The translations under genes were made by a program, and so were the position numbers. Positions 19,597 to 30,013 of a DNA stretch of 64,000 bases are shown in pieces. This DNA comes from Bdellovibrionota bacterium. Its GTDB lineage: Bacteria; Bdellovibrionota_B; Oligoflexia; Oligoflexales; JAWKNZ01. The DNA lies in assembly GCA_041391425.1 (NCBI GenBank), contig JAWKNZ010000006.1, positions 132,045-196,044 of the forward strand. The letters are read 5' to 3'. How positions within the stretch are numbered: the stretch's first letter is position 1; every line of letters starts with the position of its first letter. The notes under the pieces are model-generated. The model saw only the letters and a list, made by a program, of their open reading frames with translations, made no database searches and was not told where the DNA came from.

Positions 19597-22077
19597 CTAA
19601 GAAAAGGAAAATAAAGGTAATCCTTGATGGCTTCCATCCCACACATTGAAATGACTGAATCCTAATTTTTTTATTGAATTTTTACTTAAAAATGAAAATT
19701 CACTATCGGCCACAGCCTGCGCGTGTGGGGAATAGCTTATGTTGAGCCCATTCACCTTTTTTAGTAATTCTTTAATATTATAAAAATTGTGATCAAGGTT
19801 AATAAGAGGAATAATACCAACCAAATTAGCAAGATAACTTGTCACAGTTTTCCTTGAGAAAGTAGCCATTGAGGTTTCTCGATAGTCGTATACTGGAAGC
19901 ACTGGATCATAATTATACTCTCTTTTATAAAAGGGAATACCACATCTAACCAGCTCACAGCTGGCACAATCCAAAGCCGTTTTTTCTTCAACGGTTAAAG
20001 CAGGTGCAAGTATTTTCCTAGTGTATAATGTAAAAGCCTTTTGGAAAAGAAAAATTTCTTCTTCATTCCAACCATCTATAAAAACAGCGCGGGTTGATAA
20101 ACAACCAAGCTGCTTCAAATTTAAAATATCCTGACTAAGCTGAGACAAAAGATTTGCATCCTCTTTAGCAAGTAAGGTAACCACAATTTGACTACCAAAC
20201 CCTTGTACCCGTCCAGGAAATATCTGCCTAATAGCTGAAACTGTTTCATCAGAGCCATAAACAATAACAGCAGAAAAAAGATCCTGAGAGTTGCCACCTA
20301 CTTGATCTACGCCCAACCTATAATCTGAATTAAGCAAAGAAATTTTATTTGACGGACAATGACTTTGATAAGAACCTAAAAATTGAAGGAGCTGCTTAAT
20401 TGTTGATGAAGAATGAGCAAATTTTTCGGGTATGCGAAGATGCAGTTCTATACCGCACAAAAAACTAAAAACTATGGGATAAAGTCCAACTATGGAATGG
20501 TTGTTAGGCAAAATCAATAAGCATGATCTGGGAGCATTTAAACCATTGCTTTTATCCACAGCATCACGCCAAGCCGGTAAATCATTAGGTAGGCATGCTA
20601 GCAAACTGTCAATCACCATAACAGCAATGGCATCTGAACCAAACTCACCGACCAAGCTATTATAAAAATCTTGGCTACCCACAAATTTAGGAAAATACTT
20701 TGCAATCCATTCTAATTTATCTCCATCCAATTTTTCTGGCACACTATTTCTGTGGGATTGTTTCTCAGAAATTAAATTGCTGCGAGAGCTACCTGCATTG
20801 TTAGATTTAATATGCTTACTTTCTAACACTTGTTCAGCAAGAAGCGAACATCCTTTTAAAGTTGCACCTGGCACACGACCTTTTAATTTAAATGTTCCGT
20901 CTTCTTTAAGAGAGGCTATATCTTGAGTACGAATAGGCCAAGGACAGTCAATCCGCAATGGATCTTTAATCAGCAAACTGCCTTCTCCATACTCTTCAAA
21001 GTGATCTAACCCCTGAGTTGTTGCTAAAGAAACCCAACTAGGAAAACGAAAAACTCTTTCTTTTTCAGAAAGGTCCTTAAAAGGCACAAAATCGTAGGCC
21101 TGGGAAGCAAGCTCGCACATTCCATACTCGCTGATAATTTGACGTTCGGTTATTCCAAAGCAAGCACAAATTTTCTTATAGAGCTCCTTTTTAACCAGAG
21201 ACTTAAAACGCCCTTTACTTCCACCCGTCTCAATAATGATGCTCCCCTTAGGTAAAAGCAAAGTTCTATTTTTTTCTATAAAGCTCAATAAATGAAGGGC
21301 GGTTGCAAAAATCCATACCGGTTGATGGCTTGTTGAAGGCGTAAGTACTCGTTTTATAGCAGCATCAATATTATCTTCGTTCACGTACTGCAATAGTAAA
21401 AATTCCGATATCCATCCAATCATCTGCGCCAAGCTACTGGATTCCCAAACGCCTATCGGTGGCACCAAACTAAAACCTTGCATAGACCAAACATCGTGGG
21501 TACCAGTATCAGCAGTTTGGGAAAGCACATCGATAAAGCATGCAATAGAAGCAAATTTATACAACTCTAAACCAAGTTTAGAAAAATGAGATTGGGCACG
21601 CTCTGCCTGAGTTGTCCCGCTAGATAGAAACGTCTTAAACGGATCTGTTTTATAAGCAGCTTTCTGACCCATTTCAAAAAGCTGCTTACTTTCGTAACGT
21701 AATGCCTCTATGGGTAAATAAAAATTTTGATTTTTTTTAAGTCGACTCTCAGCATCTGCCTCATTTTGCTCAATTTTTGGTAACATTGGTAATCTAAAGC
21801 TTTGTGGAGATATTTGTTGTTTGCCTCTTTTAGGCTTTGACCCTACGCCCGCCTTGTCCTCCTCGCCTTCTATATAAAAACCAGGCCTAGCAGATGGAGA
21901 ACTTAACGGATTATCAAATAAAAACAGCAAATTATCTAATCCTACAGCCGGCGCAATATTAGTTTTAAATTCTTTAAACTTTTTTTCCCAATGAAATTTT
22001 GACATCATCCTCTCATCGAAAGTACTTGGCCAGGCCTTTAAATGGCGATATAAAGACAGATCGAAGCTAATGTCCAA
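19597..22077 (-). CDS. fusion of LuxE-like acyl-protein synthetase and LuxC-like acyl-CoA reductase (826 aa)
   Basis: The N-terminal half has LuxE hallmarks (FLSSGTTQAERAQSHF, IIIETGGSKGRFKS, LKGCSLLAEQ). The C-terminal half has LuxC-type blocks (LLILPNNHSIVGLYPIVFSFLCG, IVYGSDETVSAIRQIFPG, LKQLGCLSTRAVFI). Confidence 0.65.
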   Translation of the reverse strand: MDISFDLSLYRHLKAWPSTFDERMMSKFHWEKKFKEFKTNIAPAVGLDNLLFLFDNPLSSPSARPGFYIEGEEDKAGVGSKPKRGKQQISPQSFRLPMLPKIEQNEADAESRLKKNQNFYLPIEALRYESKQLFEMGQKAAYKTDPFKTFLSSGTTQAERAQSHFSKLGLELYKFASIACFIDVLSQTADTGTHDVWSMQGFSLVPPIGVWESSSLAQMIGWISEFLLLQYVNEDNIDAAIKRVLTPSTSHQPVWIFATALHLLSFIEKNRTLLLPKGSIIIETGGSKGRFKSLVKKELYKKICACFGITERQIISEYGMCELASQAYDFVPFKDLSEKERVFRFPSWVSLATTQGLDHFEEYGEGSLLIKDPLRIDCPWPIRTQDIASLKEDGTFKLKGRVPGATLKGCSLLAEQVLESKHIKSNNAGSSRSNLISEKQSHRNSVPEKLDGDKLEWIAKYFPKFVGSQDFYNSLVGEFGSDAIAVMVIDSLLACLPNDLPAWRDAVDKSNGLNAPRSCLLILPNNHSIVGLYPIVFSFLCGIELHLRIPEKFAHSSSTIKQLLQFLGSYQSHCPSNKISLLNSDYRLGVDQVGGNSQDLFSAVIVYGSDETVSAIRQIFPGRVQGFGSQIVVTLLAKEDANLLSQLSQDILNLKQLGCLSTRAVFIDGWNEEEIFLFQKAFTLYTRKILAPALTVEEKTALDCASCELVRCGIPFYKREYNYDPVLPVYDYRETSMATFSRKTVTSYLANLVGIIPLINLDHNFYNIKELLKKVNGLNISYSPHAQAVADSEFSFLSKNSIKKLGFSHFNVWDGSHQGLPLFSFS

Positions 22078-22394
22078 GTATACTCAAACAAAATAGGTTT
22101 GCATACTAAGGCGGAAGGGACACTGCAAAGAAACAGTATTCAGTATACAGTTGATAGCAGAGCGGACTACCCACTAAAGTAAGCTTAGCTATCTTGTATA
22201 GGTTTAAGATTATACGCGTTCCTTGTAAAGACTATATATTTATTGTTAAGGAGCTTGGATAAAAGCCATTTGGCGTGCAAAGATTTTGAAGTGTTGGAGA
22301 AAAATATCCATATAATACATGACGGAGAAATTTTTCTAAGACTAGTATAAAAACTATACATGTCGCGTAAAATCGTAAGACTGATAGGTTTGGT

Positions 22395-23243
22395 GTGACA
22401 AGCAAATATTTCGTTAAATTAGAAGACTTCGAAGGACCACTTGACCTTCTCTTGCATTTAATTCGTGTGCATGAATTAGACATTTTTCGCATCGATTTAT
22501 TTGTCTTGACCTCTCAGTATTTAAACTACCTAAGGTTGCTGAAATTTAAAGATTTAAACGATGCGGCTAGCTTCATGGAGATGGCTGCCATCCTTATCGA
22601 AATCAAGTCTCGCTACCTCCTTCCCAATGCAGACAATCAGCAAAATGAGGAAGAAATAGACGAAGAAGATGAAGCCGCTTCACTACAACGCCGTCTCCTC
22701 GAATACGACAAATTTCGTAGGGCTGCTAGTTTTTTAGAGGCAATGCCTCAGCTAGGAATGCAAGTTCAGACCAACAACGAATGGAAACGGCTAGAACCAT
22801 TATATAGTGATATTGAAGGACCACTGAGAGGAGAGCCAGCCACCTTAGTTGTAATGTACGAAAGCCTCCTAAGCACCTTATCTGATCGAAAACCGACTAC
22901 AGTAACAGCAAAGACTGAACGTATAAGCTTAGAAGAAGTTATCCATAAAATGGAAAGCTTTATCGAAAAAGCGCGTTTTGTATTGTTTCAAAAAATGTAT
23001 GCTCAAATGAATAGCCGTTATGATTTAGTAGCCAATACTCTTTCCATGCTGCAATTAACTCGTGATGGCAAGCTAAACATCTATCAAGAAGAGCTAATGG
23101 GCCCTATTTGGCTATATCGCAAGGATCTAGAGCTACAAGACGTTCCGATAGATCAAGACGAACCCAATAAAGAGCAAGATAATAGCGAACTTGAATTGAC
23201 AGAGTCAGTTGGACACCAGCAACCAGATATACAACCAGACTAA
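22395..23243 (+). CDS. scpA: segregation and condensation protein A
   Basis: GTG start. FEGPLDLLLHLIRVHELDIFRIDLFVLTSQYLNYL is the canonical ScpA N-terminus. Located directly upstream of scpB. Confidence 0.85.
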   Translation: MTSKYFVKLEDFEGPLDLLLHLIRVHELDIFRIDLFVLTSQYLNYLRLLKFKDLNDAASFMEMAAILIEIKSRYLLPNADNQQNEEEIDEEDEAASLQRRLLEYDKFRRAASFLEAMPQLGMQVQTNNEWKRLEPLYSDIEGPLRGEPATLVVMYESLLSTLSDRKPTTVTAKTERISLEEVIHKMESFIEKARFVLFQKMYAQMNSRYDLVANTLSMLQLTRDGKLNIYQEELMGPIWLYRKDLELQDVPIDQDEPNKEQDNSELELTESVGHQQPDIQPD

Positions 23244-23324
23244 TGAGATAACTAGTATACTCGATGTGCATGGTCGCTAATTATTTATAACTATAAAGAT
23301 AATCGGACCTCTAGAAAAACAAGT

Positions 23325-24445
23325 GTGGAGAAAACTGTGATCGATCCCAAAGACCAAGAAGACAACATAACTAAGGATGGCTTCGATTTTATAGAAGATG
23401 AAATATTGGAAGATACCTTTGATGAAGATCAAAATTCGGAATTAAACGATGATGATGAAGGTATTTCTTTTCCATCACAAGAAATGCTAACCCTCGAAAC
23501 AGAAGACGTTTCTAGAGACGATGGAGATAGCGCTTCCTTTCCTATGCAAGAAATGCTAGCTCTTGAAGCACAGGTTGAGGCTGTTATTTTTGCTTCCCCT
23601 AAGCCAATAAAAGTAGGAGAACTTTTAGAAATCATCGGCGGAGAAGACACTGGCGCAAAGGACATCCAGCTAGCTGTAGACCGCCTTATGAGATTTTATG
23701 AAGAAAGAGGCGGTGGTTTCAAATTAGAAAATATTCGTGGTGGAGGCTACCAATTCAGAACAGCTAAAGCAGCAGCTCCTCTAATGGAGAAAATATTTGC
23801 ATCGAGACCAAGGCCAATCTCCAGAGCTGCTAAGAAACATTAGCTATCATCGCGTATCGCCAACCATGTACACGTGCTGATATCGAATTTATACGGGGGG
23901 TTGACGCCGGAAGTATCATCAAAAACCTTCTAGAGCGCGACCTTATAAAATGCGTAGGACGCAAAGAAGATGCCGGCCGTCCCATGCTTTTTGGTACAAC
24001 CTCTGAATTTTTACAAGTTTATCAGCTTGATACCATTAAAGATTTGCCACCATTAGACTCGTTCCAACCAGCACTAGATACGATTGAAAACGCAAATGAG
24101 CTTATCGATGGAGACCGAGAAGTCGACATTGCTCCTTTTATTGACGATAGTGATATCCTTGACGAAGAAGATAACCTATTGATAACTAGTGAAGACAATG
24201 AGCTCCAAGAAGATCTTGTTGCTGATGAAGAAAAAGAGGACATAGAAGACCCAGCAGAACAAAACATTGCAAACAATGAGTCTGAAGAAATTACCTCAAG
24301 CCAAAATATTACTGGTGCAATTTTTGCTGAATCTATTGATTTAAACCAGCAGGAAAATGAAATAAATATAACAGCATCGGAGGAGGATGAATCTTTTTTC
24401 ACCGCTCCTAATGATAGCGGGCCTGCTAAAACGCATTTTGAATGA
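23325..24445 (+). CDS. scpB: segregation and condensation protein B with acidic N- and C-terminal extensions; single frameshift
   Basis: ORF 23325-23843 carries EAVIFASPKPIKVGEL..GGGYQFRT..RPRPISRAA. The conserved continuation ETLAIIAYRQPCTRADIEFIRGVDAGSIIKNLLERDLIKCVGRKEDAGRPMLFGTT is in the -1 frame from 23834 and joins ORF 23984-24445. Confidence 0.8.
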
Positions 24446-24457
24446 AAGCTACTCTGA

Positions 24458-25207
24458 ATGGAACCAATGAGATTACAAAAGTGGATTTCCCAGTTAGGGA
24501 TCGCCTCACGCAGAGAAGCTGAGCGGTGGATCGAAGAAGGCCGCCTGAGTATAAACGGTGAAATCGTTACATCTCAAGGGCTGAAAGTAGATCCTAACGT
24601 AGATGAAGTGCGCCTCGATGGCAAACTTCTCGAAGCCAAACCACCTCCGAGAGTCTATTGGCTACTCAACAAACCAGATCAAGTTCTCACGACAAGAAAA
24701 GATCCGGGGGACCGTGAAACTATCTTCGACTTGCCTAAATTGCAAAAAGTAGGCTTCACTGTCGCGCCAGTTGGGCGTCTCGACTACCGTACAGAAGGGC
24801 TTTTGTTATTATCAAATGATGGAGAACTCGTGCATCGACTATGCCATCCTAAATACAAAGTTCCTAGGCACTATCATGCGTTAATATCGGGTAAACTGAG
24901 CCATGATGCGGAGAAAGCAATACGTAAAGGTGTAGAGCTTGAAGATGGGCTAACTCTCCCCGCTGATATAATCTATGCCCACGGCAAGAATCTAGGAAAG
25001 TCAAAAGGAAGTTGGTATTTTATTACTGTATACGAGGGACGAAACCGTTTAGTACGTAGGCTTTTTGAATCCTTTGGTCATAAAGTTATTCGATTGATAA
25101 GAACCGGCTTTGGTGACATAAAATTACCTGAAGAGTTGCAGCCTGGTGATTATAGGCAGTTGAGTGCGGAGGAGATTAAGTTGCTAAAAAAAGCAGCTAA
25201 ACTTTAA
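24458..25207 (+). CDS. rluB: 23S rRNA pseudouridine synthase, RsuA/RluB family
   Basis: S4 domain (MRLQKWISQLGIASRREAERWIEEGRLSING) and catalytic GRLDYRTEGLLLLSNDG. Confidence 0.8.
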   Translation: MEPMRLQKWISQLGIASRREAERWIEEGRLSINGEIVTSQGLKVDPNVDEVRLDGKLLEAKPPPRVYWLLNKPDQVLTTRKDPGDRETIFDLPKLQKVGFTVAPVGRLDYRTEGLLLLSNDGELVHRLCHPKYKVPRHYHALISGKLSHDAEKAIRKGVELEDGLTLPADIIYAHGKNLGKSKGSWYFITVYEGRNRLVRRLFESFGHKVIRLIRTGFGDIKLPEELQPGDYRQLSAEEIKLLKKAAKL

Positions 25208-25326
25208 GAGGTGCATGGTAAAATACTTTCTTCTAAGTTAACGCCAAAGTCAAACACCTCAGATAGCTTATAAACCCAGTTATTAAAACTAGATATTAAG
25301 ACTGGTTATTAAAAAAAGGAGTAATT

Positions 25327-26316
25327 ATGAAACTCGGAACCATTAAAAATGGCACAAGAGATGGCCAACTCGTCGTCATATCCAAAGACAACAGCCATTA
25401 TTTAGAGGCAAGTCAAGTTGCACCGTCACTACAGTCAGCATTAGATCGATGGACTGAGTGTGAAAAAGATTTATACACCTTGTATAACAAGTTAGAATCA
25501 GACCTATCCTTAGGAAAACCAGTAAAGGAAGATCTTTTTCATGCGCCTCTACCAAGAGCATATGAATGGATTGACGGCTCAGCATACATCAATCACGTGG
25601 TTCTTGTAAGAAAAGCCCGAGGAGCAGAGCCTCCAGAGTCGCTGCGATACGATCCTCTCATTTACCAAGGTGGTTCAGGCGTATTATTAGATCCGACAGC
25701 AGACCTCAGATTAGACGATCAAGCGTGGGGACTAGACTTCGAAGCGGAAGTCTGTGTAATCATGGGTGATACTCCTCAAGGCACCAAAAAAGAAGATGCT
25801 CATAAATATATTAGACTTATTTTAATTGCTAATGACGTTTCTTTGCGAGGTTTAATACCGGAAGAACTTAAAAAAGGATTTGGATTTTTTAACTCTAAAC
25901 CAGCAACTGCATTTTCTCCTTTTGCAGTAACACCAGAGTTTTTGGGAGAAGCTTGGAAAGAAGGGCGAGTCCATCTTCCTCTTCTCTCTATTTACAATGG
26001 CGAAAAATTTGGAGACCCTGAAGCCGGGCCAGAGATGCACTTTTCTTTTTATGAACTCATTGAGCACATTACAAAAACACGTGCTTTAACTGCTGGGACA
26101 ATAATTGGCAGTGGAACCGTGTCAAATGAAGACCGTTCCAAAGGCTCCTCATGTCTGGCTGAAAAGCGTATGATTGAAAAGATCGATACAGGCGAAATCA
26201 AAACACCTTTTATGAAACCTGGAGATAAAATCACTATTGAATTGTTTGATAAAAATGGCCAGAGTATCTTTGGAAAAATTAATCAAAAAGTTGTCAAAGG
26301 GCCAAAAGCACCTTAA
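25327..26316 (+). CDS. fumarylacetoacetate hydrolase family protein
   Basis: The 329-aa length and layout fit the FAH superfamily (MKLGTIKNGTRDGQLVV.. N-terminus, ANDVSLR, IIGSGTVSN). Confidence 0.7.
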   Translation: MKLGTIKNGTRDGQLVVISKDNSHYLEASQVAPSLQSALDRWTECEKDLYTLYNKLESDLSLGKPVKEDLFHAPLPRAYEWIDGSAYINHVVLVRKARGAEPPESLRYDPLIYQGGSGVLLDPTADLRLDDQAWGLDFEAEVCVIMGDTPQGTKKEDAHKYIRLILIANDVSLRGLIPEELKKGFGFFNSKPATAFSPFAVTPEFLGEAWKEGRVHLPLLSIYNGEKFGDPEAGPEMHFSFYELIEHITKTRALTAGTIIGSGTVSNEDRSKGSSCLAEKRMIEKIDTGEIKTPFMKPGDKITIELFDKNGQSIFGKINQKVVKGPKAP

Positions 26317-26360
26317 GTAGATCAAGTGCAGGACTTTCCACTATCGAGAACGGGGTTCTC

Positions 26361-26488
26361 CGTCATTCTGAGACGAAGGCGAAGAACCTCGAGATCGTAA
26401 ACACATCCTTGATAAGTTCGAGATGTTTCGCTACGCTCAACATGACAAGCAGGATCACCCGTCATTTTTCGTCTCACTTAACATGACA
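26361..26488. repeat. family-A repeat, one long-form copy plus a truncated copy
   Basis: The pattern is cgtcattctgagacgaaggcgaagaacctc...gagatgtttcgctacgctcaacatgac, then cgtcatttttcgtctcacttaacatgac. It lies in the convergent gap between the FAH gene and the OMP gene. Confidence 0.8.
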
Positions 26489-26528
26489 TTCTTGCATACA
26501 TATAGAAAACCGCACGAAAGAACCCAAT

Positions 26529-27215
26529 CTAAAAACTAACAATGAATTGATAAGAAAACTCAGTTTTGGTCCGCTCTTCTCTAATCAACTCCTCTTGATC
26601 TGTAGACCGCTCTTTAATCTCCACCACTGGGGATTGGCTAAATAATGTCGTCGTCGTGTTTGTAAAAACCAGAGAAAAATTTTGATTGAATTTTAGTCTA
26701 AGCCCGTAGAGATAAAAGCCACTAAGTGAATTATTATCGTCGAAAACGCCAAAATCATCCTTTTGTTTCCAACTATGAAAGCCTAGGCCTGCACCAACAA
26801 ACGGCCAAAACAAAGTGGGATTTGCTACGTATAGCACAACAGGGAAGTCAAGTTGAGTATCTGTAAGTCTATAATCATCTTCTCGTACATCCCTATAGGA
26901 AATCACTATTTGCGGCACTACATACTTGTTGTAGTGATAATTAGCTTGGAAGCTTCCATAAAAACTAGCTAAGTTTCCACCAATACCAAGACTAAAACTC
27001 CATTTTGATGCGCTGCTCGCAACTTCATCAGAGGAGCTCTCTGACAATTTTTTTTCTTCCTCTTTACCTTGTCCAACATTGTCAGGGTCGGCATAAATCT
27101 CCTCTAGAAACTCCTCTGCCAAGAGCGAAGAGTTCATAAAGAAGAACGCAAGGGCTAAAAATAATCTAGAAAGAAGCCCATAAACCTTGAAGTATTTCAT
27201 CTTATTAAACTTCAC
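26529..27215 (-). CDS. small outer-membrane beta-barrel protein
   Basis: Carries a signal peptide, alternating hydrophobic strands with aromatic girdle residues, and a C-terminal ...QFIVSF. Confidence 0.6.
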   Translation of the reverse strand: MKFNKMKYFKVYGLLSRLFLALAFFFMNSSLLAEEFLEEIYADPDNVGQGKEEEKKLSESSSDEVASSASKWSFSLGIGGNLASFYGSFQANYHYNKYVVPQIVISYRDVREDDYRLTDTQLDFPVVLYVANPTLFWPFVGAGLGFHSWKQKDDFGVFDDNNSLSGFYLYGLRLKFNQNFSLVFTNTTTTLFSQSPVVEIKERSTDQEELIREERTKTEFSYQFIVSF

Positions 27216-28221
27216 GATAGATTTTCACAGCCCTTTCATCTCCTTCACCACAAGACATCGAAACATATCCAGCATCAACAACCCGTTGGTGTTGTAACCT
27301 GCGTAAAAAGCTATTTTGTGGCTTGAGCAAAAGCTCCCTTAGCCCACCATCTGCTTTCATTTTGCTAATTGCCTCATCGGCCTCCTTAAGGACAATTTTC
27401 TCAAGTTCTCGATCACGACGCACACGATTTGGTTTGCCATTTTTTGTACGCGGTGGCCTCCTATCTTTACCCCCATGGCGCCCCTTGGAGGTGCTGCTAT
27501 GCTCCTTCTGAGTTCTCGTTTTTCCTGAGCCGGAGCGACCAGAATCTCTACTAGGCTTGCCACGCCCTCCGACACGTCCTTTCAGTAACATTTTACTAAA
27601 ACGTCCAACTGGGGGAATGCTCTTTAAATCCAACTCTTCAAGCGAAGATTCTGTGTACTTCCAATCTAAAAACTTAATAAAATAGTCTGCGTACGTAGGA
27701 GCTAAATCAGAAAGCAGACGGTCAATAACAGACCATAAGGCAGCTGAGGCATCACTCTTACCACGACCTGGCATTTTTGCTTCATTTGTGACTTGCAACA
27801 CCAGCTCTTCAAGATCAATTAGCAACAGAGCAAAAGCTGGAACCAATTCTGCGGCAGTGGCGTAATCCAATGGTTGTTGCAGAGAAAGCTCAGGGTATTC
27901 TTCTTTATACCAAGCGAATAACTTTGGCAAAAAAGCAGGCAAATCTCCTGGTTTCTCGATCCCTAAAGTTGACAAGCACGCATCATCAGAAGCTTCGCCA
28001 CCTGACGCTACGAGCTTAGATTCGGCATATTTAATCAAAGGGGGAAATTTACCTGCATAAGCGTCTCCAATGTGGGCTTTTTGCGTAGCCATCTGCTCCA
28101 TGCAAGAGTAAAAAAAGTAGTCTAAGTTAACAACCTTTCCTTTAGCACTTATAAACCTGTCTAACGTGTGATCTTTAAGCTTTTCTTCAAGTTCTTTAAT
28201 CCCTGGATCATCTGATATCAT
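27205..28221 (-). CDS. R3H-domain (single-stranded nucleic-acid binding) protein with an Arg/Gly/Lys-rich linker
   Basis: The C-terminus LLLKPQNSFLRRLQHQRVVDAGYVSMSCGEGDERAVKIY fits an R3H domain. The start overlaps the moeA stop (ATGA at 28218-28221). Confidence 0.6.
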   Translation of the reverse strand: MISDDPGIKELEEKLKDHTLDRFISAKGKVVNLDYFFYSCMEQMATQKAHIGDAYAGKFPPLIKYAESKLVASGGEASDDACLSTLGIEKPGDLPAFLPKLFAWYKEEYPELSLQQPLDYATAAELVPAFALLLIDLEELVLQVTNEAKMPGRGKSDASAALWSVIDRLLSDLAPTYADYFIKFLDWKYTESSLEELDLKSIPPVGRFSKMLLKGRVGGRGKPSRDSGRSGSGKTRTQKEHSSTSKGRHGGKDRRPPRTKNGKPNRVRRDRELEKIVLKEADEAISKMKADGGLRELLLKPQNSFLRRLQHQRVVDAGYVSMSCGEGDERAVKIYREV

Positions 28222-29504
28222 AATAGCTTCGCCCTTAATATAATTCCTGGCTCGAATACGCTTGCTCCCTCTGGAAGAACAACATAGGCATTTGCTTGTG
28301 TAGAAGCTTCTACGCTTGCACTGCCTTGTTTTGAATAAACATGTGCAGAACCATCATTAAAATTTACCAACGCCCGATAAAAACATCTTAAATGCTCGGG
28401 TTTTTTAACCTCATTAGCCAAAACAACTTGGCTATAAGAGTTATCCTTTATTGAAAAAAACGCATCCAAAATTGGTCGCAGAAAAAAATGAAATCCAACC
28501 ATTGTTGATACTGCATTCCCTGCTAAGCCAACCCATAATTTATTCTCTTTTTGTGCAAAAAATATCGGTTTCCCTGGGCGGATCGCCACCTTATGAAAAA
28601 CAACATCAAAACCTAGATCTAAAGCTAAATTCGGAACAAAATCCTTTTCTCCAGCGGAAACAGCTCCCGTTGTCACAATAAGACTAGCATCTTGCTCAGT
28701 GGACTTTAAAAAAGTTTCCACCTCTTCCACCGCCGTTTCTGGGCTGTCTCGAAGCACACGATTAAAATCCGGTATTAATCCAAGATTATCAAATGTAGCC
28801 TGCAAAAAGAAACGGCTAGAGTTATATATCTCACCGGGGCGAAGAGAATCACCTGGCATTGCCAACTCATCGCCAGTGGTAAATATACCAACATGCGGCT
28901 TCTTATACACCTTAAGAGAATCAAGCCCAAAGCTTGCAGCCACCATCACACGCTCGGAGTCGAGATAAGTGCCAGCTCGCATTAGTATACTACCCTCTGC
29001 CACATCTTCTGCCTGCCTTCTAATATGAGAGCCCGCCTCCGGTAAGCTATTAAAGACAACCCTATCGTGCTCATCTGAAGAATTTTTAGGAAAGATCTGG
29101 CAATTTTCTACCGGGACAACCGTATCAGCCCAAGAGGGAACTGGCGCGCCAGTCATAATGGGTACACAAAACCCTTTGCGCTTGGCAGGCATCTGTTCTA
29201 AAGGTTTTGCAAAAATCGTTTCTCCAACGAACAAAGACTCACTCGATTGGGCTTCCAAGTAAACCACCGCAAACCCGTCCATCGCAGAATTGGTAAATGG
29301 CGGTGACGCAATCGGTGTAACAACGTCTTCAGCCAAAACCCTCTTGTTACACTCTACAAGCTCAAGCCTTTCAACATCAAAATCAAGGCTGCTCTTGCCC
29401 TCAGGCTGTGCTCTATTGTTTTCTCGACATTGTGCTTGAAACTTCTTTTTATACTCTTTACCTAAATTCTCAATTTGTTTGCATGCTTCAATATAAGATT
29501 TCAT
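28218..29504 (-). CDS. moeA: molybdopterin molybdenumtransferase
   Basis: SPPFTNSAMDGFAV, the TGAVSAGEKDFV block and a length of 428 aa. Confidence 0.85.
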   Translation of the reverse strand: MKSYIEACKQIENLGKEYKKKFQAQCRENNRAQPEGKSSLDFDVERLELVECNKRVLAEDVVTPIASPPFTNSAMDGFAVVYLEAQSSESLFVGETIFAKPLEQMPAKRKGFCVPIMTGAPVPSWADTVVPVENCQIFPKNSSDEHDRVVFNSLPEAGSHIRRQAEDVAEGSILMRAGTYLDSERVMVAASFGLDSLKVYKKPHVGIFTTGDELAMPGDSLRPGEIYNSSRFFLQATFDNLGLIPDFNRVLRDSPETAVEEVETFLKSTEQDASLIVTTGAVSAGEKDFVPNLALDLGFDVVFHKVAIRPGKPIFFAQKENKLWVGLAGNAVSTMVGFHFFLRPILDAFFSIKDNSYSQVVLANEVKKPEHLRCFYRALVNFNDGSAHVYSKQGSASVEASTQANAYVVLPEGASVFEPGIILRAKLL

Positions 29505-30013
29505 AACTCAACCGTCCGCCTGCGATGCTTACAAAGGCCTCTGAGGGATAAAATCAAATGGGGTAGTAAATCTCTTAGTATATCAAGCTGCTCAGATGCA
29601 GCCTTTGGGCTGCCTGCTAAAGCCAAAATCAATTTTTGTTGCTTAACCCATCCACCACAGCGGCTTAAATAAGCATTCAACGAATATTTTAAACTTTCGG
29701 CCCTCAAAAGCTCTCCCACTCCTGGTATACAGTAGTCAGATAATGCCTCTATGGTCTGTGGCGTGATATCCCGCTCTCCTAGTCCAGTACCTCCGGAAAC
29801 AATGACAACGTCGTTGCGAACAAGCATATCCGATGCTTTTTCTTTTAATGCCGATTCATCATCTGGAATGACTGCCATCTCTCCCAAAGTAAATTCTAGC
29901 TGTGCCTCAATCCAAGCTTTTACAGCCGGCCCAGTCTTATCCTCGTAACGCCCTTGATAGGCACGATCAGAGGAAATAACGACGCCTACTCGCCACACTG
30001 GTTTCTCGTCCAT
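29501..30013 (-). CDS. moaB: molybdenum cofactor biosynthesis protein B (MoaB/Mog family)
   Basis: VVISSDRAYQGRYEDKTGP and VSGGTGLGERDITPQ. Overlaps the moeA start by 4 nt. Confidence 0.8.
   Translation of the reverse strand: MDEKPVWRVGVVISSDRAYQGRYEDKTGPAVKAWIEAQLEFTLGEMAVIPDDESALKEKASDMLVRNDVVIVSGGTGLGERDITPQTIEALSDYCIPGVGELLRAESLKYSLNAYLSRCGGWVKQQKLILALAGSPKAASEQLDILRDLLPHLILSLRGLCKHRRRTVEL

Noticed and set aside
19597-22077. A bioluminescence (lux) operon.
   Set aside because: Only LuxE- and LuxC-like domains are present, fused together. No luxA/B luciferase or luxD gene is in the window.
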